DNA of 64,000 bases from the human T2T-CHM13v2.0 reference genome, Homo sapiens. Numbering within the stretch: the first letter of the stretch is position 1; each line of letters opens with the position of its first letter. The notes beneath the pieces were generated by a model, which had not been told where the DNA came from, ran no database searches, and saw nothing but the letters and a program-made list of their open reading frames with translations. Positions 13,656-27,230 of this stretch are shown one piece after another. The position numbers were made by a program, and so were the translations under genes. The stretch is taken from NCBI RefSeq assembly GCF_009914755.1, contig NC_060932.1; one strand, 5' to 3'.

Positions 13656-16099
13656 CTGCCCTTTTTACTAAATTACAGTGCCTTTCAAGGAGATGTAATT
13701 CCTAATAGGGGTGTACAGAGTTTGATGTATATCTAATTGTGGTGCATTTACTGTATTATTCATTTCTTTGCTGTCTTTATTCAATTTTTAATGGGGATTT
13801 ACCCAGGATAATTGGATGCTGTAATTTAATAGTGGATTTTTAGAAATGTGCATTCCCCAGGCAATCGGTCTCATCCAGCACAGTTAGTGGTTTCAACCAC
13901 TAACTCCTCCTGGCTGTCAGCTTCCAAACATGTAGTTTAGCTCCAGACTTGAGCTCGGCAAATATGTTTTTAAAAGCACAGATGAAATGCTTTATCATAT
14001 TGGATGATTAGTAAGGAAGATTAATAAGCTTTTACTACAAAGTATTTGGAAAACATGAAAAATATAATAAAAATCATCTCTAATTCCACAAGGTGAGAGA
14101 ACCATTAATATTTTAATGAATTTTCTTACTGTCCAATTTCTCTGTCTTTATATAGGCACACACACATACATATTTTATTTATCAGTTTGATTCAAACCAA
14201 ATATTCAAACCATTGTAACCTCCTCTTTTTTACTTAACAATATAATGTGAACATTTTAATATTATTAAATATTATTCTAGAATGTGATTTTTTATTAGCC
14301 TCACTGTATTGTGTTGTGTGTATGTATTATGGGATAACAATTACATATTGTTGAGCATTCAGGACTACAATCATGTAATTTTTACACAAGTTACGGGGTG
14401 GTTGTTGGTGTAAATTTGAATTGCACCTAGTTACATAACAAATGAAATTACTATTAATAAAATTTTATTAGGCAGTGTGGCCTTGGAATTGAGCAGCCAA
14501 GAACCAATAGTGTTGAAATATGCATTATATCTTTGACAATATCACCTTCAACAATTTATCTTAATGGTACACTGCATTGCAGCTGGATTTCATCATGAAC
14601 TGTCTCTCCAGCAATATCCCAAACCTTTCTCTCTGCAAAATTTGCACTCTTTAGTCTTTTTCTCAGGTGGTCTAATGCTGCCAACCTTTTCCCGTGCTGA
14701 TGACAACAGATATGAGAACTAAGGTGACCCTTCTAGATAATAATCTTCTACAGACAGGTGAACTGGGAAAGCACATTTTAAATGGAATTAAATACTGTTG
14801 TATAAATCTTGATGAGACTATTCATTACTAATGGTTCTTCTATTCTTGGCATGCTTAGAATTTCATTCTACACTTTCTTGAATCTGTTATCTGTACATTT
14901 TTGCTTTCCTGTAAGTGGTTTGTGAAATAAGGAGAGCATTTACTTTCCATTTGACTATGCTATAATAGCTTCTAAATAGGAAAGTTGTGAGAAAATGTTC
15001 ACATATAATGTGAAGCTATTGAATTTTTTCATAAAAGATGAGAAAAAGCAAAAAAAAAAAAAATCTCATTTCACCTAATGCATTTCACAGATTGCCATAA
15101 ACTAAGACTCTTTATCATTGGAAAGAAAATGCTGCTTTTCTTCAATAGGAAACAAACATATTTGCATTATAACAGAATGGGAAAGTTGTAAACAGAAGGG
15201 TAAATTTTGGTTGTTGCTATGCAGACTGAGCTGTCATAACCCTCAGAGATATTTGGAGAATATTTTTACACAAAAGGTGAGGATCTAATAATTTGTTCAT
15301 TAAAATCTATGATTTACTTTCCATACATAAATAACCCCATAAAATTACCAACATCTCAATGACTTCAGGCCTTCTAGGGCAACTTTGTCACCTATCTTGA
15401 TGACCCTTTTAAAACTCTAGTTTCATAACATCACATTTGCAGAACTTCCATATTCATGTAGTTTTAGTCAATACTGGACATTCCATTGATCTCTTTGACT
15501 TACTCTACCTCTAACATCAGAGATACAAAAATTTCTCTCCTATTATTTAATAGTTTCCATTCTCTTCGAGACAAGCCATTGTGTTCATTGTGCCATCTTT
15601 TCCTGACCTAGCTTGGCATTTTTCATGTCCACTGTCACTTTCCTGGGTATTAGGGCCTCTCTTTCCAACCTGAACTTGTTGAATGCTTTATTTCTTTGAC
15701 TTCCTACCATTCCTGTCTTCTATTATCTTAATTAATTTAATCTAAATTAATCCCCAGATTCTAATTTCCACTGCTACTCTTTTTACTCCTGAGCTGTCAA
15801 GAGTTGATAAAGGTATGTTGCTGAGCAAATCTATTACACATCCATGCTACTTAGCCCCATTGGGGCTGTCATTGCTGCTCAGTATCCCTATTCCCCATAT
15901 CTGCAATGAATGCAGCAATTATTTTGAGCTCTTTTCAGGTTACTAACTTGACTCCAATCCCCCAGTTCTGAACAGATACCTTCTAAACTAATCAGGAGAC
16001 AGGAGGCATCTAACGTCAGTTCTGTCACTCTGTCCTTTTGCACTATGATTCCTCCCGCCTGCTTCTTTATTTTATATATTTGAGAAAAGCGTCCTTACT

Positions 16100-16286
16100 G
16101 CAATGGTTCTCAGACTCTAGTAAATCACAGAACCATTTGAAGACCTTAACAATGGAGGTTTCCTGCATTTACCTTACAGACAACGCTTAAGCAGGTTTGT
16201 AGTGGGGCCCAAGAATCTGAAATTGCATGACTACTCCAAGGAGTTCTGTTGCAGAAGGGCCATAGGCTCACTCTGAGAAAAACTGC
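16100..16286. mobile_element. MER5-like hAT-Charlie MITE
   Basis: Degenerate TIRs CAATGGTTCTCAGA / TCTGAGAAAAACTG; internal GTGGGGCCCAAGAATCTG. Confidence 0.65.
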
Positions 16287-16359
16287 TTCAGGGCCAAGGC
16301 TCACTTTTGCTCGTCCTCTGAATCTTGTCTCTTCTACTAGAATTGAGATAGGCTGGAAC

Positions 16360-16449
16360 ATTAAGTTAAATTTCAATTTCAGGTAAACAACAAATAATTT
16401 TTAACCTATGTCCCAAACATTGCAAGAGATATGATTATGCTAAAAATTA
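16360..16449. mobile_element. MER53 fragment (about half of the palindromic element)
   Basis: AGTTAAATTTCAATTTCAGGTAAACAACAAATAATTTTT..TATGTCCCA resembles MER53. Confidence 0.65.
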
Positions 16450-16835
16450 TGTAAAGGAGAGTTTATTCAGTATTAACTTACATGAACACCTGGCCCCACA
16501 ATAGGCTGTCTGAAAGCTGAGAGCAAGGAGAACCAGTCCAAATCCCCAAACTGAAGAACCTGGAGTCCCATATTCGATGGCAGGAAGCGTCCAGCATGGG
16601 AGAAAGATGCAGGCTGGGAAGCTAGACCCATCTCTCCCTTTCACGCTTTTTTGCCTGCTTTATATTCGCTGGAAGCTGATTAGATTGTGCCTACCAGATT
16701 AAGGGTGGATCTGGCTTCTCCAGCCCATGGATTCAAATTTTAATCTCTTTTGGCAAAACCCACACAGACACACCCAGCGTTAATACTTAAGTCCCTCAAT
16801 TCAATCAAGTTGACACTCAAGTATTATTCATCACA
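16450..16835 (-). mobile_element. MLT2A (ERVL) solo LTR, 3'-truncated
   Basis: Minus strand begins TGTGATGAATAATACTTGAGTGTCAACTTGATTG; TATA-like AATATAAAGCAGGC; AATAAACTC near truncated end. Confidence 0.85.
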
Positions 16836-19800
16836 ACATCCTATAGTTTTACTTGCTAAACATGAGACCCTACTTCTTACTCTATCCAAGGCTCTGTTTC
16901 ACTTCTTTTTTTTTTTTGTCTCTGATGGCTGTTAGAAAACAACTGCTTGCTGTTAGCCTATAAATGTGCTTGGACCTCAGCTTTCCTCTATACGCAGGAC
17001 GAACTGAGCTTGGACTTTGCTTCCCACTGTTATTTCTCTTCATATTTCTCCAGGAGTTATCTGTCCATGATGACTCATCATTCTCTTTATTTCTGCTATG
17101 CCTTTCATGTAGATTAATCTTATTTCTCATAGCCTAGATTTCTGCTTGTTAAAATTCAGCTTCTTTAATGCTCAACTTGGTTGTGCTTCCCCACAACCCC
17201 ATGTATACCTCCATCACTGCAACTACTTTCCTCTCATATAAAAATGTATCTTTGGTGTGGTTTTCCCATTGGTCTGTATGTTAGTTCCTTGGGGACTGAA
17301 ACTGTTTCCCCAGTGTCTCACACAGTGCTAGGTGTACGGTAGATAGCAATTGGCATTTCTCAATGACTCTGTAAATGTAATCCTACCTTTTGCATGAAAC
17401 TTTCTCTGTTCTTTCACCTGTTCATTGCCTATTCTCTGGCCTTGGGTTACAGGTATTTGTGTATTTATTTTACTCACCATTTCCCAGTCCCTACTTTCCA
17501 ATGGCAAGGATCAAGGCTTATTGACTCTTGTATCCGTCTTCGTATGAAAGTTACTGTCTTACAGCATATAAATCCTTTAAAGCAGAACTACTCTGTTACC
17601 ATGCTATACTGGTATTCTATGAATAGGTCATGGTTATACTTGCTGAGAAATGGATTTCATCAGCCTGGGACAGTCATCTTCACCCACCAACAGCCCATTT
17701 TACCCAGTGTGTCTCCCAAACATATTTTCTATGTGTGCTGTGATGTGGTAAAGATTAAGAATCACTGCTTTGTTGGTAGCAATTGAATAAATGAGTAGAT
17801 AATTGTTATGTACTAATATTTAATATTGAGTGAGTTGCATAACTTCTCTGCCAGTTTCCTTGAAAGATTGTTCCAAGTTTGTGTTGATATTCTTCATAAA
17901 AACTCTTAGCTTTGTTTCGTTTCATTACTATAATGGCAATGATGAGGGTACAATGCCTAGTGAATGAATTGTGATAAGGGTTCTTTGTGATAAGGATTAC
18001 AGACTATACAGAGGAAGTTAGGTACTCTCTCCTTAAAGAGATGTCAGTATAGCTGGGGAGACAAACACTCAACACATAGAAGAAGTACCAGAGTAGTCTA
18101 TGGTGAGTGTCAAATGCATGTGACAGAGATAGAGTGCTGGAGAGCTCAGGAGTCAAGTGGTTAAGGGAGGGCTGCCCAAGAAGGTGGGTAGAAGATAGGT
18201 CTTAGAGATGGTTGGGAGTCCTACCGGTAACATGGGACATGGCTGACATGAACTATTCTAGGAAACTATTTAACTGTAAGAAGGAAACCAAGATAAAAAC
18301 TGCTATGTACTTTCTAGCTGAAATTATCAGCAAGTGACAAATTTCAAATTTGATTTACTTGAAGTTTTTGACACATCATTTGAAAATACTTTTAGTGACA
18401 ATTATTCCCGTTTTTGGTAATTAAAAAATAAGACAGTCATCCATAAATGTAATTTCCTCTCCCTTTCTCTGCTCTGGGTGGGGCTATGCTGTTTTGATGC
18501 CTTTATTTGCTGTAAGCATTCTTTTTTCTCCTTCTTTGTGCTCCTTTCTCTCCTTTGTTTATAATCAGAATGACTTTAGATAAGAAGGAAGGTAACTAGA
18601 AATCCAGATTCTCAGTGCAGGGGCAGGTGACCCTTCTGAGATCTCGGCCACTTGTAGTTTTTGATCAGCCATAACAAAGAAAATGATGAAAAGGGAGAAG
18701 TGAGAACTGGGAGAGCAGTCTGTAAAACCATTCTCCAGACTGTGGCTCCACAACCTCCAGCAGGTGGACTCCATTCCTCTGAGTATTTAATCAGGATTTA
18801 AAACTAAGAAAAGTGAACTGAAAACCTGGAAAGTGGTACCTGCTTTAAAAATTTCCTAAATTGGTCTTATTAGTAATAGCTTTAATGTGATGCTGGGAAT
18901 ACACTTCCTATTAAAAACCATTTGCTATATTGGCTGTTTTGACTTGTGGTTTATCTTAAAATGAGTTGACCTCACTGATATCTTACAAAACACTTCAGTG
19001 TTACAGAATTAGCTCTCAACTCTAACCTGAGTACACAACTTTAGTTTCCTGTAAATTACTATACAAGCTCAAAACCATTTAGAACACAGAGCACTTGATT
19101 CTTTCCAGGCACAATCAATGGAATGTCGTTTTTCCTCCATGTGATAGATACCATTGAGATTTTGTTCTCCTTGCATGATGCATTAGTATATTATTGTAAC
19201 AACACAAGTATTACAATAATGAAAGTAATATGTTAGTGGTAATGACAGTCTTTACCACTTATTAGAAAGGCCAATATCATTATTAGACAATAGATTTAGA
19301 TGGAAAATTTTCACTGGGATCCTTAACAGACCAAAGAGTGCTGAGGTTCTGGGAGAGTTGATCAGAGGTTTTCATGAAATCGTCTAAAAGGAAAGTAAGT
19401 TGCCTTCATTTCTCTCCAACCCTTCCCTTAGTGACCTCCCAATTATTTTCAGTAGTCTCATGAGGTCAGAATCTAGTCTATTTTTTTTAGAAACCATTCC
19501 ATTTGCCCAAGAGTATTTGGTCCAAAGAAGGTCAGGATGTGTGTTGACTGACTGTCAGCTGCACTCAGGAGCCCAGTGTGTTTCTTTGGTCTTTCTTCTT
19601 GTGTCTCCACCAAAACTTATTCATCCTTTACTTGAATTCTAATTGTCACAGGCAGTGCTAATTAATAATGAATTAATAAAATAGATAAACCCATTGAGAT
19701 AATGTGTTAATACTACTTTTCTCTTTTAAACAACGTTATGTCCAGTTGAAATAATTATGTATCAAATTTGTCCTTATAAAATGATATTAATGGGAGGAAT

Positions 19801-22619
19801 TTTAGGCTATATGCAATTCTGTGGGAAAATATTTTCATTGATAATAACTGTTTACATGAAGTGATTAGATAATTCTTTTGGCATTTCATAAATGACACAG
19901 TGTAGGCAGCACAATCCATGGAGGCTGAGACTTGGAGGAGTTGTGAACATGACTCAGAGCAGTTCTAGAAGGATCAGCATGACCAGAAACAGGTTAGCCT
20001 GGCTGACATCAAAGAGTGAATGCAAATTCACAGATTATTAAACATTAATGGCTATACTAAACATGACAATCCAATGTCATAAGGATAACTAGATAGCTTA
20101 ACCTAATAGACAGGGTTATAAATTCTTGAGATCAAATGGAAAAAGAAAAAAATATAGATTATCTTAGTTTCATTATTACTGGTCAAACACTAGGAAAGTT
20201 TATAGCTTTCAGTAATCTTTGGAGGAAGAGAACAAAAAAATGAAAAATAGAGAAAAATAAGATTGGGAGTAATTCAACAATTTACTGAAGAATGAGACAT
20301 CTGTAGTCTACCCACTCTAAGTATAATTATAAGTAGTATGCATTGCTTTTGTTTCTTTTCCTTTCTTTCTCTCGAGCCATTCAATGTTGGTGATATTTCA
20401 TATGAACACTGTATTTATCAAAAGTCTCCATTTGGAGGGAGGTATAACTCTGCCTGAAAATTGGATCATCTGTTGATAGTGTGTCGTGGCGAAGGCAGTC
20501 TCCTGGTCTGTACCTTTCTCTACACCAGCCTACTCTCACCCTGCTCACCTTTATCGCTTTGTCTTTGCCCTTGGAGTGTGCCCCAAGGCTACAATTTGCC
20601 ACATCAAAGCAGAACATGGGTGCCCTGGGTTATAGGGGTGTAGGCTGGGACCAACGTGTATACCTTTTTGCCTTTGCTTATCACATTCTGAAACAAATAT
20701 GTACAATGCACATTTGTTTATTTTACATGTATGGATTCATTCATACACATATACCAACAAAGACACTCATTCATAAGGATGACCTGTCATAACAGAATTT
20801 GTGAAGCTATTGCTTCTCTCATCATTGAAAATTTCCTGCTCTAGCTGCACAGATACATCACATATTAAATGCAACAAAACAACAGAGATATAAAGTCTAC
20901 ACACACCTATTCCTCAATTAATAATAATTTATCAGAATTCAGAATCTAGAATATTTGAAAATCATAGTAAATTCACTTTAAGGAATAGTAGATTGCTCAT
21001 GGACACAAGGAACCTGGGCATTCCATATCACCATTTTGTATTTTTTAGTTAATTCCAAAGCAGCCACTAAATAAAGTAAGTGCCTCTCCCTTCTTTCTGT
21101 GTATAAACAAAGTCTTCCAACTTGTCAGGTTTCATGTTTCCAGAATTTTTCAGCCACAGAAACTGATGTCCTCAACTCTCAGGGCTAACTCTACTCATTT
21201 TACTGGCAGTTCTTGCCAAAGAAGGCTGTATGTATCTCAGGATCTTTTTACTGGGCAACTAGAACTTTTGCTGCCATGAACTTGGTGATCCTTGTGCAGA
21301 GTGCAAGGGCCCTCCCTACTGCACAGAATCCTAACACCTCTTCATCTAATCATTGTTGGTGCAGAGCACAGAGGACAGTTCTTCTGAGCTGGTGTTCATA
21401 TTGGTTCTCCAATTCCTAGAGGCTCCTAAGCATGCAATCCAATTCTATTTGTCTTGGTCCTTGTCAACACCCTCCCTGTGAGGGATCAAATCTTTCTCCA
21501 TACCCACCATGCTACATGTTAGGGCCTTGCTTCAAACTAGTTCTGTCACCCAGATCAATGAGCCTATCTGTTGGCTGACATTGACAAATTCTGCATGACC
21601 CATCAGATTGAACCCCGGGTTCAGTGCTAACCTGGACAGTACCAGAGATGGTCACGCCATGATGGATGTCATAGGTTAATTATGTGTCATCCCTGTTTTG
21701 AAAGTTAGCCCTAGAATCTGGTTCACTTTTTCCTTCCCTACTCCCATGCCTCTACGGATAATAGATAGAAAATATTAATTTTTTTATGGGGGCAACTAAA
21801 ATTTATCTTAAGAGGAATGTGTCTATTTATAAAAATCTTCATGTGCAATTTTAGATGTGGAAAGATAAAGTTTAGAGCCTGAAAGTGTGAGCTAGGAATG
21901 ACAAAGAACTGTACTCTTTTTCATAAGAAATGGGTATTAAGGGTAGATAAGTTCTGGAGAAAGTTGAAGAAGAGAGAGTTTAGAAACATTGCTACAGACT
22001 GGAGTCTAAGGAAAATGGATAATTAAGCACATTTCTTGATGGCAAGAAATGGGAAAATGGATTTTAAGAACAGGAATGTTTGACATTTTATTTTTAATTA
22101 CTTCCTATAATATTCAAAATATAGAAAATAAAATTTGGAGTAATTAAATAACTTTCTGGGAGGAAGTTTAGTTACTTATTTTAAGTGTTATTAGAAAATC
22201 TATAAATGAACATTAGAATTGCTTTGTTTCTTTTCTTGCTTTCTTGTTTCCATCCTTTTTTTTTTTTTTGGTACTATTTTACAGAATGCAATACTTAACC
22301 AAAAATACCTGCTGGGAGGAAGACATATCACCATTCTCAAAATGACTTGTCATGGGGATGCGCCTCCAGTTGTACATGCCACTGCTGTGGACATTTGAGA
22401 GCCCTTGGGGCTAGCCCTGTGGAGCTCTCTTTGAAAACCACAGAGCTGAGTTTACTCTGAGTTTTTTTCTAAATTTAAAATTCCCTGACTGTATGACAGA
22501 TTAATGCTGCTCTTTTATGACTCATCTTAATCCAAAAGAATTATAATAAGCTGTAAATGATTAGGCAAAAACATTTGACTCACCAATTTGCATACATTTG
22601 ATATAAAAATGTTGGCATG

Positions 22620-23270
22620 TCCAACAACATTACCTTCAAACCTACCCAGATTCTACTGCTTTTCCTCATATTCACTAGTACATCTCTAACCCAAGACTGT
22701 TATGCTGCAAACCAAAACATGCGTAGAGCAATTGTGATGTGCCAGCATCCTAAGAACCTCCTAGCAACTCTGTAAAGTGAGCATTATTATTACTGCTGTC
22801 TTACAAATGAGGAAAGAGGGGTTTAGGGAGCTTAACCCACTTGCTGCAGGCCGCATAGCTGATATATGAAAAAGCCAAGATTCGAAGAGGCTCTGAGTCT
22901 ATTAACTCATCCCCCATATCACATAGCCTTGCCATTGTCTCTTACCTGGCCTCTCTGTTTCTATTCTTGCCTGCCAACATTCCATTCTCCACACCATGGC
23001 CAGAGTGGTTTTCTAAAAATATAAACAAGATTGTGTCGCTTCCCTGCTTAAAATCAGCTAGTGACTTGTCATTGCACATAGAATCAAATTGTATGCATTC
23101 CCTACTGTGGCTTATGAAACCTCACAGGGTACTCTCCTGCCTCCTTCTTTATCAGTGTCTTCATACCATAGCATAAACTGCATGGGTGCAGGGATTTTGT
23201 TGGTTTTATTCATTGCCGTATCTGCAGCATGTTAACAGTACCTGTCACATAACATTAAATGAATGAAGGA
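22620..23270 (+). mobile_element. L2 3' region with an inserted antisense MIR (~22760-22925)
   Basis: L2-like CCAGAGTGGTTTTCTAAAA..TCCCTGCTTAAAA and AATGAATGAA tail; MIR core TTACAAATGAGGAAA. Confidence 0.6.
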
Positions 23271-23846
23271 ATTGTTAAGTAGACCATTTAGATTGAAGGT
23301 AGGCAGATGGGGAGAGGAAACTCATTTATTATATGGATCATCCTTTTGCATTGATTCTTCTCCTGAAAATCCTGAGCTCCAAAACACCAAGACAAGCCTC
23401 TTGTTGTTTTCAGGTTTGCCAAGCCCTAGGTATTTACTCATATCTTAGAACTGCATTTATATTTGACCAGAAAATATGTTCTGCCAAAGTCTATGTTCAT
23501 ACTTAACACTATTCAATAAATGCTAAGGAATCTTGTTGAGGTGGGGAGGAATTGACCACTTGGCCTTTCATCTTTTAAATCAAATAATTTACAAATTTAA
23601 GCACCAATATTTGTTTAGGGAAAAAAGCTTTTTAATTGTCAATATTTATTTTTCTTTTGTACCTCAACGAAACTATCAGAATATTCTGAAGAGAAGAATT
23701 TGATCTTTTTACTCTACTGAATGATTCACATAGTAAGTACATTTTTCTTCTTAATGACCCTCTTCTACATCTCTTGAATAATCTTCTTATATGCTACACA
23801 TATTTAAAGTAAATGTGTTCTGTTTGCCAACATAAAAAATGATCCC

Positions 23847-25116
23847 TGTTGTTAAAATGTCCATACTACTTGAAACAATGTACACATTGAATACAATCCC
23901 TATTAAAATTCTAACGGCATTCTTCACAGAAACAGAAAAAACAATTCTAAAATTTATATGGGACCACAAAAGACTGAATTGTCAAAGCAATTTTGAGGAA
24001 AAAAAATTATTACTGTAGCTTTGTAATATAATTTGTAATTGGAAAGTATGATCACACTTCATAGATTTCACCTTCTGATTTCAAATTAATTACAAAGATA
24101 CAGTAATTCAAACAATATGATACTGGCTTAAAAACAGACACATAGACCAAAGGAACAGAATAGAGAGCCCAGAAATAAACCCAAATATATATGGTCAACT
24201 AATTTCTGATAAGGGCACAAAGAAGACACAGTGGGGAAAGGATAATCTCTACAATAAATGATGTTGAGAAAGCTGGATTTCCACATGCAAAAGAATGAAA
24301 CTGTACCCTTAATTTGACACTATACACAGAAATCAACTCAAAATTGGTAGAACTGTAAATGTGAGACCTGAAACCATAAAATTCCTAGAAGAAAATATAG
24401 GGGAAAAGATCCTTGACATTAGCCTTGCCAAGGATTTTTTTGGCTATCACACCAAAAGCTTAGGCTATAAAAGCAAAAATAAATAAATGGGACTATATCA
24501 AACTAGTAAAATGAACAATTAAAAAAATTAAAAGCCAGCCTACAGACTGAGAGATAGTATTTGCAAATCATATATCCTATAAGAGGTTAATACCAAGAAT
24601 ATACAAATAATTCACACTACTTAATAGAAGAAAAATAAATAACCCAATTTAAAAATAGGCAAAAGATCTGATAGACATTTCTTTAAAGAAGACATAAAAA
24701 AGGCCAAGAGACATAAGAAAAGGTGCTCAACATCATTAGTTATGAAGGAAATGCAAATCAAAACCACAATGACCTCATACCTATCAGAATGACTGTTATC
24801 AAAAAGACAAGATATAACAAGTGTTGCCAAGAGAAAAGGGAATCCTTGTACATGGTTTGTAGAAATATAGACCGGTGCAGACATAGTGGTAAACAGTATG
24901 GAAATTCTTAAAGAAATTAAAAATACAGCTACCATATGACCCAAGAATCCCTCTTCTGGATATATCCCCAAAGGAAATATCATCACCATCTTATAAAAAT
25001 GTGTGCACTCTCATGTTCACTGCAATACTATACACAGTATCCAACATAAGGAAACAAAGTGTCCATCAACAGATGAATGGATAAAGAAAATGTGAGATAT
25101 GTATGTGATGAGTGCT

Positions 25117-25153
<37 letters not shown>

Positions 25154-25685
25154 TTATATAATGGAATATTATTAAGCCTTAAAAAACAAAGAGGAGGAGA
25201 TACTGCCATTTGCCACACTGTAGATGAACATAGAGGACATTATGATAAGGGAAATAAACCAGATACAAGACGAAAAAAATGAAAAATAAAATACTGCACA
25301 ATCTCACTTATATGTGGAATTAAAATGAAGCCTAATGCATAAAAATAAAACAGTAAAATGGCTGTTATGGAGAGGCTGAGGGAAAGAAATGGGGAGATGT
25401 AGCTCAAAGGATACAAACTGGAGACATTTGGATGAACAAGTCTAGGGATCTAATGTACAAGATAAGGACTGTAGTTAATGATATTGTATAGTATAATATT
25501 TGGGAATTTTGCTGATGGAATAGATTTTAGGTGTTCTTGCCACAAAAAAGGGGTACCTATGTGAGATGAGGAATATGTTAATTGGCTTGACTATAATAAC
25601 CATTTCACAATGTGTGTGCATATCAAAAAATCATGTTGTACATCTTAAATATATACAATAAAGCATAAAGCAAAAAAAAAAAAAA
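23847..25685 (+). mobile_element. 5'-truncated L1MA (L1MA8/9-like)
   Basis: ORF2 3' remnants; 3'UTR CTATGTGAGATGAGGAATATGTTAAT..CATGTTGTACATCTTAAATATATACAATAAA plus poly-A; internal (TG)n at ~25118-25150. Confidence 0.85.
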
Positions 25686-25979
25686 CCCAGAAAGAGATGT
25701 GACTGTCACTTCAGTCAGATTTTCACATAATCTGTCTTATTTTTGAAAATGTATGCACAGGTTCTTGAATAAATAATGCAAGATTCTGTATTCATTTCAT
25801 GCCAAGTCTGCTCTCTATTTTTTTTTCTTTTTTTTGACATGGTCTTTCCTGCTCTGAGCCCAAATTTTTAAATTTTCCCCCTCAAATGGGAGAGTTCTCA
25901 GCCTATAGAATATTTTAGGAGTTATGATATATTTTGGAGAATTCTTTGAGTCTTTATTTATGTATTTTTTTAAACTTCA

Positions 25980-26462
25980 TTGGATCAGTCAGATTTTGCT
26001 GGTGATTAAATCACTCTCACAATTTAGTGGACTAAACAGATGATGTATGATTCTCTGGGTTGCCTGAACACATTCTTTTCTGGCTTTCCTTGGCTCACTC
26101 TTGTGGCTGCATTTAGCTGAATGATTGTGTAAGCAGGCAAAGCTGAAATGGCTTCATCCACACCTATGGCAGTAGGTGCTGATCCTCAGCTAGGGCCCCC
26201 GGTTCTCCTTCACATTTTCCTTGTGTGGTGATCTTAAGGAAAAAGCAGAAGCTGTAAAGTCTCGTAAGGCCTAATCTCAGAAGTTGCATGACATCACTTC
26301 TTTTGCATTCTATTGGTCAAAACAAGTCACAATATTGGTCTGAATTCAAGGGTGGGAGGTAAGTGGTCATCAGCTCCTGGGGAGAGCAGCAGAGTCACAT
26401 TGCAAAAGGGTGAGCATACTGGGATGGGAGGAACTTGTGGCTGTCTTTGACAATTTATTACA
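25980..26462 (-). mobile_element. MLT1H-like MaLR LTR
   Basis: CATTCTATTGGTCAAAACAAGTCAC and AGTCACATTGCAAAAGGG..GGGATGGGAGGAA match antisense MLT1H. Confidence 0.7.
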
Positions 26463-26714
26463 TTCATTAACTTTGTGCAACTTTTGAGTCAGTTTCTTTC
26501 CATTGAATTCCCAGAAATCAACTCCCAAATCTACTGAATTTTGTAGATTGGGAAAAACTGTAGTATTTTGGCTAATTTGCTCTAAATAATAAATTTCAGC
26601 TCAATCTTGATCAGATAGCCTATAATCACTTAATTTTGTGCAGTATTTATAGTCAATGTTGTTATAATTGCCCACTACTTGGACAAGAATCTGGTAATGA
26701 CAGAAGGCCTCTTT

Positions 26715-27230
26715 AGAATTATTTCTGTTCAAGTAACAGAAAATCCTATTCAAACTGGTTATTCTATAAAAGAGAGTTATTATTAACATGAAAAATCTAA
26801 AATTAGTGCAAGTGTCAGGTATAGCTTGATCAAGACATTTAATAATTTCATCAAGAAACCCACTTCCTTTTTTTTTTCTGCTTTTTCTCTTATGTTGTTG
26901 ACTCTTCATTCTCGGGTTGGCTGCATTTATGGTTCCTAGATTAATGTCTGATTATCCTAGGGACATCTACTTATATATATTTATATCTAGCCAGAGACAT
27001 GTTTGCCTCAGATTTCTCTTTAAAATCATGTTTATTGGATGTGTTTGTTACATGTCTACCACTGAACTAATATCTGAAGCCAGAGGAGCAGGATTTGCTG
27101 ATTGGGTTAGCTTAGTCCACATGCTGAGCCCTATGGGTAAATACTGCTTTTTTGGAAATGCATGTCTTCCAAGCGGAAATTAACAACTGTTGAAGAGGGG
27201 GAATAGAGACTGAGGAGGCCACCAATACAC
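26715..27230 (-). mobile_element. MLT1J/K/L-like MaLR LTR
   Basis: CAAGTAACAGAAAA..TCAAACTGG start; GCTGATTGGGTTAGC..CACATGC. Confidence 0.55.

Noticed and set aside
18500-18630. Pyrimidine tract plus AG acceptor at 18567-68
   Set aside because: Only weak donors nearby and no supporting context
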